DNA from: a virus
DNA: 64,000 nucleotides
Direction: 5' to 3' (one strand)
IMG/VR virus record: IMGVR_UViG_3300030107_001446
Location: 1 to 64,000 of that record
Position numbers and translations under genes: made by a program. Shown here piece by piece: positions 47,594-57,947 of this stretch; positions within the stretch are counted from its first letter, which is position 1; the number at the start of each line of letters is the position of its first letter. The notes beneath the pieces were generated by a model. The model made no database searches. It was given only the letters and a program-made list of their open reading frames with translations, and had not been told where the DNA came from.

Positions 47594-50075
47594 TTTCTAT
47601 ACAAATTTATGTCTATTAGGAAATGATATTCTCTACCGTGGGTATGAGAATGGACAACCTGTACAATACAGAGAGAAGTCACAACCAACATTGTATCTGG
47701 TACCAGATGCACAAAAGAAACCATCTAAGTATAAGACTTTAGATGGTAGGAAAGCATACCCAAAGAAGTTTGATGGTGCTAGAGAAGCAAGAGAGTTTCT
47801 TAGGCAGTATGAAGATGCTGCGGGTATGGAAGTCCATGGTTATGAGAGGTATCTGTATCAGCATATCGCTGAGAAATATCCTAGAGACATAGATTATGAT
47901 ATGACCAAGATGAAAATCTATACGATTGACATTGAGGTTGCATGTGAGAATGGTTTCCCTGATGTAGAAGCATGTGCAGAGCAGATGCTATGCATTACTA
48001 TAAAGGATTTCAATACTAAGAAGATAATCACGTGGGGTACACGAGAGTTTCAATCTCAGCATGAGTATAGAGTATTCTGGTCGGAAGATAAGATGCTTGC
48101 AGACTTTGTTGAGTGGTGGGCAAAGAATACCCCTGACATTATTACAGGATGGAACTGTAACCTCTATGACATACCTTATATTTGTCGTAGAGTAGAGAGA
48201 ATACTAGGAGAGAAGTGGAAGAAGTCTCTGTCACCTTGGAAGAGGGTGCATGACAGAGAGATTGTCATTCAAGGACGTAGGAATATTGCTTATGATCTTA
48301 CTGGTGTTAGTATTCTTGACTACCTTGACCTCTATAAGAAGTTTACTTATACAAACCAAGAGTCATATAGACTAGACCACATTGCAATGGTTGAGTTAGA
48401 TGATAAGAAGTTAGATCACTCTCAGTATGAAAACTTTAAAGACTTCTATACTAATGATTGGGATAGGTTTGTAGAGTATAACATCCATGACGTTGAACTT
48501 GTTGACCAACTGGAAGACAAGATGAAACTGGTGGAGTTGTGTGTCGCTATGGCATACGATGCCAAGGTTAACTTTGAGGATGTGTATTCTCAGGTTAAAG
48601 TATGGGACACTCTCATATATAATGACCTTAGTAAAAGAAATATTGTAGTACCACCAAGGAGTTCAACTAGAAAAGATGACAAATACGCAGGAGCATATGT
48701 CAAAGAGCCGAAGCCTGGCATCTACGATTGGGTGGTTAGTTTTGACCTCAACAGTCTATATCCTCACCTTATCATGCAGTACAACATCTCCCCCGAAACC
48801 CTCGTCGAGCGAAGACACCCCACCGCCACCGTCGAGGGAATGCTCAGTGGAGACGTTCGGATCGATGAAGACTTTGCAGTGTGTGCAAACGGAGCCCAAT
48901 ATCGGAAGGACATACATGGATTCCTCCCCGAAATGATGCAACGCATCTACGATGAGAGGACAATCTATAAGAAGAAAATGCTTAAGGCAAAGAGTGAGTA
49001 TGAAAAGAAACCAACAGCACAACTCAAGCGAGACATCGCCAAGTTCAACAACATCCAGATGGCAAGAAAGATACAACTTAACTCTGCCTATGGTGCTATC
49101 GGTAACCAATACTTCAGATATTACAATCTTGCGAACGCTGAAGCGATCACATTGTCTGGACAAGTAGCAATCCGATGGATTGAAAACAAAGTAAACAATT
49201 ATTTAAACAAAGTATTAAAAACAGAGGAGACTGATTATGTTATTGCTAGTGACACTGATTCTATTTACCTTAATCTTGGTCCTCTGGTACAAGCTGTATT
49301 CCCCAGTGGAGAGAAGGACGATCAGAGTACACTTAGGTTCCTTAAAAAGGTGTGTGATGTGGAACTTGATCGCTATATTGCGAGTGCTTATGAAGAAATG
49401 GCAACCGTTGTAAATGCTTATGAGCAGAAGATGGTGATGAAGAGAGAAAACATTGCCAACAAGGGTATATGGACAGCGAAGAAGAGATATATTTTAAACG
49501 TATGGAATAGTGAAGGTGTCCAGTATGAGAAACCTAAACTAAAGATGATGGGTATAGAGGCAGTTAAGTCTTCTACACCTATGCCATGTCGTACTGCTAT
49601 TAAGGAAGCACTTAATGTTATTATGACAGGTAGTGAGAGTGACACTCAGAAATATATTAAGGACTTCCGTGAGAGGTTTGAGAAGATGTCACCAGAGGAA
49701 GTAGCATTCCCACGTGGTTGTAATAATATACAGAAGAATACATCTAGTGCTACAATATATGGTAAGGGATGTCCCATGCATGTCAGGGGTGCATTGATGT
49801 ATAATTATCACATCAAGAAGAAGAAACTACAGCACAAGTATCCCATCATACAGGAGGGTGAGAAGATTAAATACTTACATCTTCGCACACCAAATAAGAT
49901 TAATGAGAATATAATCTCATTCTTCCAGACTCTTCCAAAGGAATTTGGGCTTGACAATTCTATTGATTATGACCTACAATTTGAGAAGAGTTTTCTTGCA
50001 CCCTTACAGGCTATACTTGATTGTATAGGGTGGAAGGCAGAGAAAATGAATACATTAGAGGCACTTTGGTCGTGA
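47586..50075 (+). CDS. gp43: DNA polymerase gp43 (family B)
   Basis: DIE exonuclease motif, [27 protein letters not shown]. Confidence 0.98.
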   Translation: MSDFYTNLCLLGNDILYRGYENGQPVQYREKSQPTLYLVPDAQKKPSKYKTLDGRKAYPKKFDGAREAREFLRQYEDAAGMEVHGYERYLYQHIAEKYPRDIDYDMTKMKIYTIDIEVACENGFPDVEACAEQMLCITIKDFNTKKIITWGTREFQSQHEYRVFWSEDKMLADFVEWWAKNTPDIITGWNCNLYDIPYICRRVERILGEKWKKSLSPWKRVHDREIVIQGRRNIAYDLTGVSILDYLDLYKKFTYTNQESYRLDHIAMVELDDKKLDHSQYENFKDFYTNDWDRFVEYNIHDVELVDQLEDKMKLVELCVAMAYDAKVNFEDVYSQVKVWDTLIYNDLSKRNIVVPPRSSTRKDDKYAGAYVKEPKPGIYDWVVSFDLNSLYPHLIMQYNISPETLVERRHPTATVEGMLSGDVRIDEDFAVCANGAQYRKDIHGFLPEMMQRIYDERTIYKKKMLKAKSEYEKKPTAQLKRDIAKFNNIQMARKIQLNSAYGAIGNQYFRYYNLANAEAITLSGQVAIRWIENKVNNYLNKVLKTEETDYVIASDTDSIYLNLGPLVQAVFPSGEKDDQSTLRFLKKVCDVELDRYIASAYEEMATVVNAYEQKMVMKRENIANKGIWTAKKRYILNVWNSEGVQYEKPKLKMMGIEAVKSSTPMPCRTAIKEALNVIMTGSESDTQKYIKDFRERFEKMSPEEVAFPRGCNNIQKNTSSATIYGKGCPMHVRGALMYNYHIKKKKLQHKYPIIQEGEKIKYLHLRTPNKINENIISFFQTLPKEFGLDNSIDYDLQFEKSFLAPLQAILDCIGWKAEKMNTLEALWS

Positions 50076-51079
50076 GTTTTTTAAAAGATATAGTAAAAGA
50101 AATAGACAATGAATATGCTACTATCGTTGCTGATGGTGTTGCAGCTGGGGATACTGGTTCGTTTATCGATACGGGCTCGTACATCTTTAACGGACTTGTC
50201 AGTGGATCCATCAACAAAGGGGTTCCAGGAAACAAAATCACTGCTATTGCAGGTGAATCAAGCACAGGCAAAACGTTTTTCTGTCTTGGTATCGTACGTC
50301 ATTTCCTCGAATCTAATCCTGATGGTGGGGTTATTTACTTTGAGTCTGAAAGTGCGTTAAGTAAAGAGATGATCGAGTCTAGGAATATTGATTCCAAGCG
50401 TATGATTATAGTACCTGTCACTACAGTGCAGGAGTTTCGGACACAAGCAATTAAGATTCTTGATACTTATATGAAGGATAAGAATCAACCACCTATGATG
50501 ATGGTACTTGATTCATTAGGTATGCTATCCACTTCTAAGGAGATGGAAGACAGTGAAGCAGGTAAAGAAACAAGAGATATGACACGTGCACAGGTAGTTA
50601 AATCTATCTTCCGTGTGTTGACATTGAAACTTGGTAAAGCAAATGTTCCTTTAATAGTTACCAACCATACATATGATGTGGTGGGTGCTTATATGCCTAC
50701 CAAAGAGATGGGTGGAGGTAGTGGTTTAAAATATGCTGCAACTAATATCATCTACCTTAGCAAGTCTAAGGAGAAGGATGGTAAAGAGGTTATCGGTAAT
50801 ATTATTAAAGCAAAACTTGCTAAGTCTCGACTTGCTAAAGAGAATGCTCAGGTTGCGATCCGTTTATATTATGATGAAAGAGGATTGGATCGTTACTATG
50901 GTTTGATAGAATTAGGAGAAAAATATGGAGTCTTTGAGCGTAAAGGAAATCGCATCGTTGTCGGTGATAGTTCTGTATATCCTTCTGCAATGCTTAAGGA
51001 TCCAGATAAATACTTCTCGCCAGAAATCTTACAAGCACTAGATGAGTGTGCTCAGAAGGAGTTTTCATATGGATCTTAA
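50072..51079 (+). CDS. uvsX: RecA-like recombinase UvsX
   Basis: GTG start at 50072; [28 protein letters not shown]. Confidence 0.93.
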   Translation: MSFLKDIVKEIDNEYATIVADGVAAGDTGSFIDTGSYIFNGLVSGSINKGVPGNKITAIAGESSTGKTFFCLGIVRHFLESNPDGGVIYFESESALSKEMIESRNIDSKRMIIVPVTTVQEFRTQAIKILDTYMKDKNQPPMMMVLDSLGMLSTSKEMEDSEAGKETRDMTRAQVVKSIFRVLTLKLGKANVPLIVTNHTYDVVGAYMPTKEMGGGSGLKYAATNIIYLSKSKEKDGKEVIGNIIKAKLAKSRLAKENAQVAIRLYYDERGLDRYYGLIELGEKYGVFERKGNRIVVGDSSVYPSAMLKDPDKYFSPEILQALDECAQKEFSYGS

Positions 51080-51635
51080 AGATTATATCATCACCTATGA
51101 TGATGTTCTCGATGCAAACTTTTGCAAGAATGCTATCGATTTATTCGATAACGAGATTGATAAGATAACTCGTCAGGATACTGATTTGTGTGCTTTCTCT
51201 ATGTTAAATGTCACAGAGGAAGTAGAAAAGAATCAGAATGTAAAGTTTAATCCTGTACATCAACAGTGCTTACTTGCCATCAAGTCATGTGGTGAGAAGT
51301 ATATGAAAGATTTGGATTGTGAACGTTACTGGCCTAGACAGAACTCACTAGAGCAAGTTAAGATGATGAAGTTTCAGCACAGGACTGCTGACCACTTCAA
51401 CCGTCACATAGATGTTGGTGACTATGCATCTGCTAGACGCTTTGTTACCTATCACATGTTTTTAAACGATGACTTTGAGGATGGAGACATATACTTTGAT
51501 GACATTGACTATGCTATCCCTGCAAAACGTGGTAGAGTAGTAATGTTCCCTGCGACATGGACGTTTGCTCATTCATATAGAGCACCGAAAGAGCAGGATA
51601 AGTATTCTCTTATAACCTACTTACATTATACATGA
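51069..51635 (+). CDS. 2OG-Fe(II) oxygenase (prolyl-hydroxylase-like)
   Basis: [24 protein letters not shown]. Confidence 0.8.
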   Translation: MDLKDYIITYDDVLDANFCKNAIDLFDNEIDKITRQDTDLCAFSMLNVTEEVEKNQNVKFNPVHQQCLLAIKSCGEKYMKDLDCERYWPRQNSLEQVKMMKFQHRTADHFNRHIDVGDYASARRFVTYHMFLNDDFEDGDIYFDDIDYAIPAKRGRVVMFPATWTFAHSYRAPKEQDKYSLITYLHYT

Positions 51636-53002
51636 GTTTAAAGATAGAAGAGATCACCTTAAGTAATCTCATATTTAATGAGACATATACTAGGAAGGTC
51701 TTACCATTCATAAAGGATGAGTACTTTGATACTCATACTCATAAGGTATTGTTTAATGCCTTATCAGATTATGTAAATAAATTTGAGGCTACCCCCGAAC
51801 CTAATGCCCTAAAGATAGAAGTAGAGAAACGTCGGGACATCTCCGAGGAAATATATCAGGAGGTCGAGCAGTTTCTTAATAATTTAGATAGGGAAGCGTA
51901 TAACGAGGACTGGCTTGTTGAAACCACTGAGAAGTGGTGCAAAGAAAGAGCAATTTATCTTGCTCTAATGGAGTCTGTCAAGATAGCTGACGGACAAGAC
52001 AAGACACGTACAAAGGATGCGATACCTAGTATCATGTCTGAAGCCCTTGGTGTGTGTTTTGATGATCATGTAGGACACGATTACATACAGGACTCTGATG
52101 AACGATACGACTTCTATCACAAGAAGGAAGAGAAGATACCATTTGATCTTGAGTATCTTAACAAAATTACAAAAGGTGGTCTACCTAATAAGACTCTTAA
52201 TATCGCACTTGCTGGTACAGGTGTCGGGAAGTCTTTATTCATGTGCCATGTTGCTAGCTCCGTGCTGCTCCAAGGGAGGAACGTTCTCTACATTACAATG
52301 GAGATGGCAGAGGAGAAAATTGCAGAGCGAGTTGATGCCAACCTCTTGGACATCCCAATCCAATCACTCAACGACCCACTCCTCACAAAAGAAAAATACT
52401 CCTCCAAGTTGCTTCAGTTAAAGAAGAAGACACAGGGTAAGTTAATCATCAAGGAGTATCCCACAGCATCAGCACATGTGGGTCACTTCAAGGCACTCTT
52501 AAATGAGTTGTCCATGAAGAAAGGATTTAGTCCTGATATTATATTCATAGACTACTTAAATATATGTGCTTCAGCTAGATATAAAGGGACTATAGTTAAC
52601 AGTTATACCTATGTCAAAGCGATTGCAGAAGAACTTAGAGGTTTGGCGGTTGAGTTTAATGTTCCTATCGTCAGTGCAACCCAAACAACTCGTAGTGGGT
52701 TTGCTAACAGTGATGTCGATCTTACTGATACCTCTGAGTCATTCGGTCTTCCCGCTACTGCTGACCTTATGCTTGCTCTCATCAGTACAGAAGATATGGA
52801 ACAACTCGGACAAATAATGGTCAAGCAGTTGAAGAATCGCTATAATGATCCTACAATGTATAAGAGATTCGTTGTAGGGATTGACAGAGCGAAGATGAGG
52901 CTGTATGATTGTGAGCAAAGTGCACAAGATGATATCATCGACGCAGGTGATATCGAACCAACAACTAATACTAAGAAACAATTCGAGGGATTTAAAGTAT
53001 AA
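51632..53002 (+). CDS. gp41: Replicative helicase gp41
   Basis: AGTGVGKS, ITMEM, IKEYPT, IDYLN, TQTTRSG, KQLKNRY. Confidence 0.96.
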   Translation: MSLKIEEITLSNLIFNETYTRKVLPFIKDEYFDTHTHKVLFNALSDYVNKFEATPEPNALKIEVEKRRDISEEIYQEVEQFLNNLDREAYNEDWLVETTEKWCKERAIYLALMESVKIADGQDKTRTKDAIPSIMSEALGVCFDDHVGHDYIQDSDERYDFYHKKEEKIPFDLEYLNKITKGGLPNKTLNIALAGTGVGKSLFMCHVASSVLLQGRNVLYITMEMAEEKIAERVDANLLDIPIQSLNDPLLTKEKYSSKLLQLKKKTQGKLIIKEYPTASAHVGHFKALLNELSMKKGFSPDIIFIDYLNICASARYKGTIVNSYTYVKAIAEELRGLAVEFNVPIVSATQTTRSGFANSDVDLTDTSESFGLPATADLMLALISTEDMEQLGQIMVKQLKNRYNDPTMYKRFVVGIDRAKMRLYDCEQSAQDDIIDAGDIEPTTNTKKQFEGFKV

Positions 53003-53655
53003 TGGCAGAAAATTTAACCAACCAAGCACCTTCTGATCCAGAACAGGATAAAGCTGCTGAAGAGTTGTCGAATGCTAGTCAAGATAAAGTAGACTCTAAT
53101 AAGGATCAAGCCAAACAGATGGCTGATGATGCACCAAAGACTGCTGAGGACTATGATACTGATGAGCGTATGGGTAGTGCTCCTGCTGCTCGTAAAGTAC
53201 TACAAGATAAGAAAAAGAAATCAAAAGAGAAAGGTGGTAAGAAAGAGAAGTTTGAGATTGACTTAGATAACTACATGGCATTTGTAGATAGAGTTACATC
53301 AAATGCTAGTAAGAATTTCCCTGACTTAATAGACAGATATAAAGAGTTGCATGATGCTAAGTGTAACATCTCTCGTCTTGACACTGCTGCATCAGGTATG
53401 TGCTCTGAAGCAGGTGAGTTTATGGAGATAGTTAAGAAGTTAAAGTTCCAAGGCAAACCATATAACAGAGCAAACAAAGAGCACTTAGAGAAAGAGTTGG
53501 GTGACATCATGTGGTATGTTGCACAAGCAGCACTAGCATTAGACCTTAGATTAGATGAGGTTATCTATACTAATACTCTTAAGTTAGCAGCACGTTATCC
53601 TAATCAAATGTTTGAGGTAGGATACTCAGAAAACAGAGCACCAGGGGACATATGA
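53002..53655 (+). CDS. mazG: MazG nucleotide pyrophosphohydrolase with N-terminal extension
   Basis: SEAGEFMEIVKK...KELGDIMWY...N..KL..RYP. Confidence 0.9.
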   Translation: MAENLTNQAPSDPEQDKAAEELSNASQDKVDSNKDQAKQMADDAPKTAEDYDTDERMGSAPAARKVLQDKKKKSKEKGGKKEKFEIDLDNYMAFVDRVTSNASKNFPDLIDRYKELHDAKCNISRLDTAASGMCSEAGEFMEIVKKLKFQGKPYNRANKEHLEKELGDIMWYVAQAALALDLRLDEVIYTNTLKLAARYPNQMFEVGYSENRAPGDI

Positions 53656-53993
53656 TATCATTAATACCTGACGACAACCCTAGACCAGAAGAAGAGATAG
53701 CAAACTTCTGGTCATCTGCCAATAGGGATGCTTCCTCAAAAGAGTTACTCTATGTTATGGACAATAAGATAGATGATTTACATAGGAAGTTAGATAGATT
53801 ATCAGGTGATGACTTAGTTGCACCACCAGAGGTGGAGACACATGGTAGTCTGTCAGTTGTGGTACCAATGGATGATATGAAAGACATCGTTGCTCAACTA
53901 TGGAAGTCACGTGATACTGAACCAAGGGTGGGTGAATTATGGAGAAAATATAAAGATTTAATATTTGAGCTTGACAAGGAAGAAGAAGGGTAG
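53652..53993 (+). CDS. Hypothetical protein
   Basis: 113 aa; ATGA-coupled to mazG. Confidence 0.55.
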   Translation: MISLIPDDNPRPEEEIANFWSSANRDASSKELLYVMDNKIDDLHRKLDRLSGDDLVAPPEVETHGSLSVVVPMDDMKDIVAQLWKSRDTEPRVGELWRKYKDLIFELDKEEEG

Positions 53994-53999
53994 TATATT
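53971..53999 (+). promoter_or_regulatory. Sigma70-type promoter driving the ncRNA
   Basis: TTGACA (53971-76), 17 nt, TATATT (53994-99); no ORF immediately downstream. Confidence 0.7.
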
Positions 54000-54025
54000 A
54001 AAAGGGTGAAGAAGGCCACTTCACA

Positions 54026-54203
54026 TGGGAGTGACTGAATAAACTTACTGGCATATAGCTGGTTAAGGTGATGAGACACAGGTGGTGCTGCTCCTAGGGA
54101 ACTAGGAGAATCGACTTACCAGTCGGGTCTCAGGCAGAGGAGAAATTCTAAACTGTAGAAATGCCCTCCTCTTGATGGTACACAGGACTCCATCCTCCCC
54201 ACC
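54026..54203 (+). ncRNA. Structured non-coding RNA, probably the manA RNA motif of cyanophages
   Basis: Nested stems TGAGAC/GTCTCA, CTCCTAG/CTAGGAG, CGACT/AGTCG, GAGGAG/CTCCTC, TTCTA/TAGAA, GATGG/CCATC. Family name is recalled, not computed. Confidence 0.7.
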
Positions 54204-54220
54204 CACACACAAGAGAGACT

Positions 54221-54250
54221 AAATAGAGGGTAGAGATACCCTCTATTTTT
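54221..54250 (+). terminator. Perfect 12-bp hairpin with GAGA loop and T tail ending the ncRNA
   Basis: AAATAGAGGGTA-GAGA-TACCCTCTATTT-TT, immediately before the ATG at 54251. Confidence 0.8.
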
Positions 54251-55594
54251 ATGGCTTACGAACCGTCGGAAGGATTGTTTGCAGGTCTAGCGTTGGTTCC
54301 ACATAATGTATTAGATGCAGCAAAGGATAATAAAATTTGCTTTGAGAAATTGATGAAGACTGCTAGAGATAATCTAGCAGGTCCAAAAGTGTTAGATGCT
54401 TCAGACGAAAAGACAAAGAATGGTATGATTGCTGCCACTGATATTGATTCAGCGACAGCAGCAAAACAGAAAGCAATTTATGCTGACCTAGCAGCAGCAT
54501 TGTCTGCTATACTTGGTGCTAGAAATAAAAAAGATTCTATACCAGATAATGTATACCTGACAGGTAACAAGTGGCATCCAAACGTGGAGAAGTTTAAGAT
54601 AGAAGCGTTTGGGATGAAAGATTATAATTCATCTGACGTTATCTTACAGTTTGGTAGTGAGTATCATGGTATATCTTTAAAGAAGAAACCCAAGTCACAG
54701 TCAGCAAGTCCCACCCTTATCAACAACGCATTCTCACAGTATGTTGAGGGTGATGACTTGAAGTTTGCAAAGGATATGTTGGATGACCATAGGATTAAAT
54801 TCTTTGCGGGTGTTATCAAGGAAGCATGTGATGACCCTAAGTTATTGAAGGGGTTTGCTACCAAGTATGATAAGGGTGGTAAGTCTATCGCTGATTTGAA
54901 TCCAGATAACCTTGCTGATGCTAAGGAGTTATGGAATATAAGAGTCCCAAGAGTAAAGAATAATAAGGTAGAAAATATTGCATTGATAAACCTTAAGTCT
55001 GAGAATGAGTTAGCAGACAGAGATGGTTTGGTACGAAAAATAGATTCAACTGGTAAGCAAGAAGAGTTTAGGAAGTTTGTTAACAGTAAGCTAGTCAGTC
55101 AGGGTAATGTATTGAACCCATTGTATAAGGGTTTCTTAGATATAATGAATAGACCTAAGGTCAAAGATAAACTAGCATCCACTCTATTAAATAGGGTGTT
55201 AAAGTTAAGTCTCTTAGATGAGTTGGACACTTGGGGTGACGCAGAATTTAAATTTTATCTGACAGAAGGTGTTGGAACTGTTGGTAATAACATGGAACCA
55301 CTGGTAGGACATGCTAATGTAGTTGATTTAGATAGTATTATAGTTGCTATAGCAGCATATCGTAATGCTAAGACTACTATAGAATTAAATAAGACAGAGA
55401 CATTTAGTCCAGGTAGAGAAGCAGCAAAGGTATTCTTTACTGTTGTTAAGGGTGCTGAGAGTAAGGATAGAATGCCTATACTTGATATTGAATTGAGATA
55501 CAAGGGTAGTTTCACTGCCTATCCTCAGTTCTTTGCAGGTATGACCAAGGAATTTAAGAAATTCTTAGAGACCATGGTCCCGTACTCAAACTGA
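54251..55594 (+). CDS. Hypothetical protein, possible PD-(D/E)xK-fold nuclease
   Basis: N-terminal EPSE helix; SSDVIL...GISLKK resembles the PD...(D/E/S)xK core. Confidence 0.5.
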   Translation: MAYEPSEGLFAGLALVPHNVLDAAKDNKICFEKLMKTARDNLAGPKVLDASDEKTKNGMIAATDIDSATAAKQKAIYADLAAALSAILGARNKKDSIPDNVYLTGNKWHPNVEKFKIEAFGMKDYNSSDVILQFGSEYHGISLKKKPKSQSASPTLINNAFSQYVEGDDLKFAKDMLDDHRIKFFAGVIKEACDDPKLLKGFATKYDKGGKSIADLNPDNLADAKELWNIRVPRVKNNKVENIALINLKSENELADRDGLVRKIDSTGKQEEFRKFVNSKLVSQGNVLNPLYKGFLDIMNRPKVKDKLASTLLNRVLKLSLLDELDTWGDAEFKFYLTEGVGTVGNNMEPLVGHANVVDLDSIIVAIAAYRNAKTTIELNKTETFSPGREAAKVFFTVVKGAESKDRMPILDIELRYKGSFTAYPQFFAGMTKEFKKFLETMVPYSN

Positions 55595-55633
55595 CCACTC
55601 ATCCACCCATTACCCACACTAACCTGCTATAAT
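55588..55633 (+). promoter_or_regulatory. Putative early promoter: AAACTGACCAC-N29-TATAAT
   Basis: Third copy of the motif with identical spacing. Confidence 0.55.
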
Positions 55634-55639
55634 AAAGAC

Positions 55640-56830
55640 ATGGCAAAGAACACACACCTTGAGCACCTTGAAGATGATATATTTAATCAGGGGTATGCGG
55701 GTGCAAAGAATTCAATTAACTTCCTCAAGTCATTAGAGGAGATGCTATCTACTGGTCACGGTGGTACCAATACTAGGGTGACCGTGAAGTGGGATGGTGC
55801 ACCTGCTATTATATGTGGTAAGGAACCTCAGACAGGGATGTTTTTCGTTGGCACTAAGTCAGTATTCAATAAGACTACCCCTAAGATTTGTTTCAATGAA
55901 GAGAATATAGACTATCATTATGAAGGTGCTATCAATAATATACTTAAGAAGTGTCTCAATGAGTTATCTAAACTACCTATAGATGGTGTGTTACAAGGTG
56001 ACTTATTATATTTTGACGTACCAATGGTGGTACAGATGTGTGGTAAGAAATGTTATAAGTTTAAACCAAATACCATTACATACTGTGTGGAATCAGATAC
56101 TGAGATGGGTAAGAAGGTAGGACAAAGTAAGTTAGGTATAGTATTCCACACCACATATCATGGTGATAGTATCACTGAGATGCATGCCTCTTTTGGTGCT
56201 GATGTGAAGGGTTTGCAGGGTGTTAAGGACGTTGCAGTATTCTCTTCAGACTTCCAGAATATAGATGGTAAAGCAAACCTTGGTACCTCTGAGAAAGCAA
56301 AACTTAAGACCCTAGTAGCATCTGCCGATAGGAATCTAAGAGCAGGTCAGAAATTCTTGAATGATATCAAAGAAGAGCGTGGCACGTTTGCCCATAATGC
56401 CCTGTTTAAGATATACTTCAACAGAGTAATCAAAGAGAATAGAATACCACCTTCCTCTGCTACGATGGCCAAAGGATTCTGTCACTTCGTAGATGAAAGA
56501 TACAATGCTGAGATCAATAAGAAGAAGACAGATAAGGCAAAGAAAATGTGGCAGGAAAGAAGGAACAAAGCTATAAATTACCTAAATAAAAGTAAGAGTC
56601 CAATGTATTCTGCCCTCAGTGGGTTTAGGAATCTGATGGATGCCAAACTTATTATCATAAATAAATTGAATAAGATAGAAGGAATAGGTACCTTCTTGGA
56701 AGATGAAAATGGTTACCGTGCTACTACACCTGAGGGATTTGTAGCAATCAGAGAGGGAACCGCATTGAAATTAGTTGACAGACTTGAATTTAGTCGTGCC
56801 AACTTTACCGCAGCAAAGGATTGGGGATGA
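55640..56830 (+). CDS. Ligase-like covalent nucleotidyltransferase superfamily protein
   Basis: Motif I TVKWDG, III LQGD, IIIa IVFH, IV PEGFV, V LKLV, in the correct order. Confidence 0.6.
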   Translation: MAKNTHLEHLEDDIFNQGYAGAKNSINFLKSLEEMLSTGHGGTNTRVTVKWDGAPAIICGKEPQTGMFFVGTKSVFNKTTPKICFNEENIDYHYEGAINNILKKCLNELSKLPIDGVLQGDLLYFDVPMVVQMCGKKCYKFKPNTITYCVESDTEMGKKVGQSKLGIVFHTTYHGDSITEMHASFGADVKGLQGVKDVAVFSSDFQNIDGKANLGTSEKAKLKTLVASADRNLRAGQKFLNDIKEERGTFAHNALFKIYFNRVIKENRIPPSSATMAKGFCHFVDERYNAEINKKKTDKAKKMWQERRNKAINYLNKSKSPMYSALSGFRNLMDAKLIIINKLNKIEGIGTFLEDENGYRATTPEGFVAIREGTALKLVDRLEFSRANFTAAKDWG

Positions 56831-57906
56831 ATTTTACACAATTTTTAAAAGAAGCAACCACTAAGAAGCCTGGAAAGACTGCTGCTGAAAAGAAAGCAGA
56901 AGCACAGGAGGCTGACAATCATGTGGCGATTACTTTCGGTAGGTTTAATCCTCCTCACGCTGGCCATGGTAAACTCCTCGATGCTGTTAAGGCACATGGT
57001 GGAGACTCAGGCAATTATAGAATCTATCCGTCACGGTCACAGGACCATAAGAAAAACCCCCTAGGTGCTGACCAAAAGGTTGGACACATGAGGAAGTTAT
57101 TTCCTAGTCATAAGGATGCTATCCAAAACAATGAAGCACATAGGAATGTCTTTGACATCTTACGTGACATCAATGATGAGGGTAAAGAGCATGTAACTAT
57201 GGTGGTAGGAGACGATAGAGTAAAAGAATTTGAAAAGATTACATCAAAATATAACGGAATACATTACAACTTCAAAACAATTAATATTAAGTCAGCAGGT
57301 AAGAGAGACCCTAAGTCAGAGGATCCAGTTGAGAAACTGAGTGCATCTGGACAGAGGAAGCATGCATCTGGTGACGATTACGATAACTTCCATGCAGGTC
57401 TACCTAAAGGTACCAGTAAGAAGTATGGTAAAATCTTAATGTCTGATGTAAAGGCAGGTATGACACCTCCTAAGAAGGACGGTAAGAAGAAGGTTAAAGA
57501 ATCTGTCTGGGACTATGCTCCTAAGTTAGATTATGATTCCTTCAGAGATTACTATATGCTTAATCAAATCTATAAGGTTGGAGCATTAGTAGAGCATGAC
57601 GACACAGGATTGCGTGGTCATGTAGTCCATCGTGGTACAAATTATATAATTATGAAAGACGACAAAGATATTGAGTTACGTGCTTGGTTACAACATGTTA
57701 CTGAGGTAACAGAGGATGAAGCAGCGACCATTGCTAGGGCAGCTGACACATCTAAAGACCAGTCTAACTATTCTGCTGATGATGAGAGTGGAAACACTTG
57801 GAAAATCGGAACAGATACATATAGGATAGCACTGCAACAGATGACACCTGGTCAGGGGGTCAAGAAGTTTTCTGACTTCAATGCAGAAATCAGAAATAAT
57901 AAATAA
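56827..57906 (+). CDS. HIGH-family nucleotidyltransferase (cytidylyltransferase-like)
   Basis: ITFGRFNPPHAGH, KNPL, MVVGDDR, SAGKRDP, LSAS; N-terminus MNFTQFLKE. Confidence 0.8.
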   Translation: MNFTQFLKEATTKKPGKTAAEKKAEAQEADNHVAITFGRFNPPHAGHGKLLDAVKAHGGDSGNYRIYPSRSQDHKKNPLGADQKVGHMRKLFPSHKDAIQNNEAHRNVFDILRDINDEGKEHVTMVVGDDRVKEFEKITSKYNGIHYNFKTINIKSAGKRDPKSEDPVEKLSASGQRKHASGDDYDNFHAGLPKGTSKKYGKILMSDVKAGMTPPKKDGKKKVKESVWDYAPKLDYDSFRDYYMLNQIYKVGALVEHDDTGLRGHVVHRGTNYIIMKDDKDIELRAWLQHVTEVTEDEAATIARAADTSKDQSNYSADDESGNTWKIGTDTYRIALQQMTPGQGVKKFSDFNAEIRNNK

Positions 57907-57947
57907 TATCACGTAGAAGACAAACCTTTCTTTTTGGAACAAGACAA

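Noticed and set aside
53994-54250. tRNA, tmRNA or group I intron in the non-coding gap
   Set aside because: No cloverleaf or T-loop/CCA, no tag ORF, and it does not interrupt a gene.
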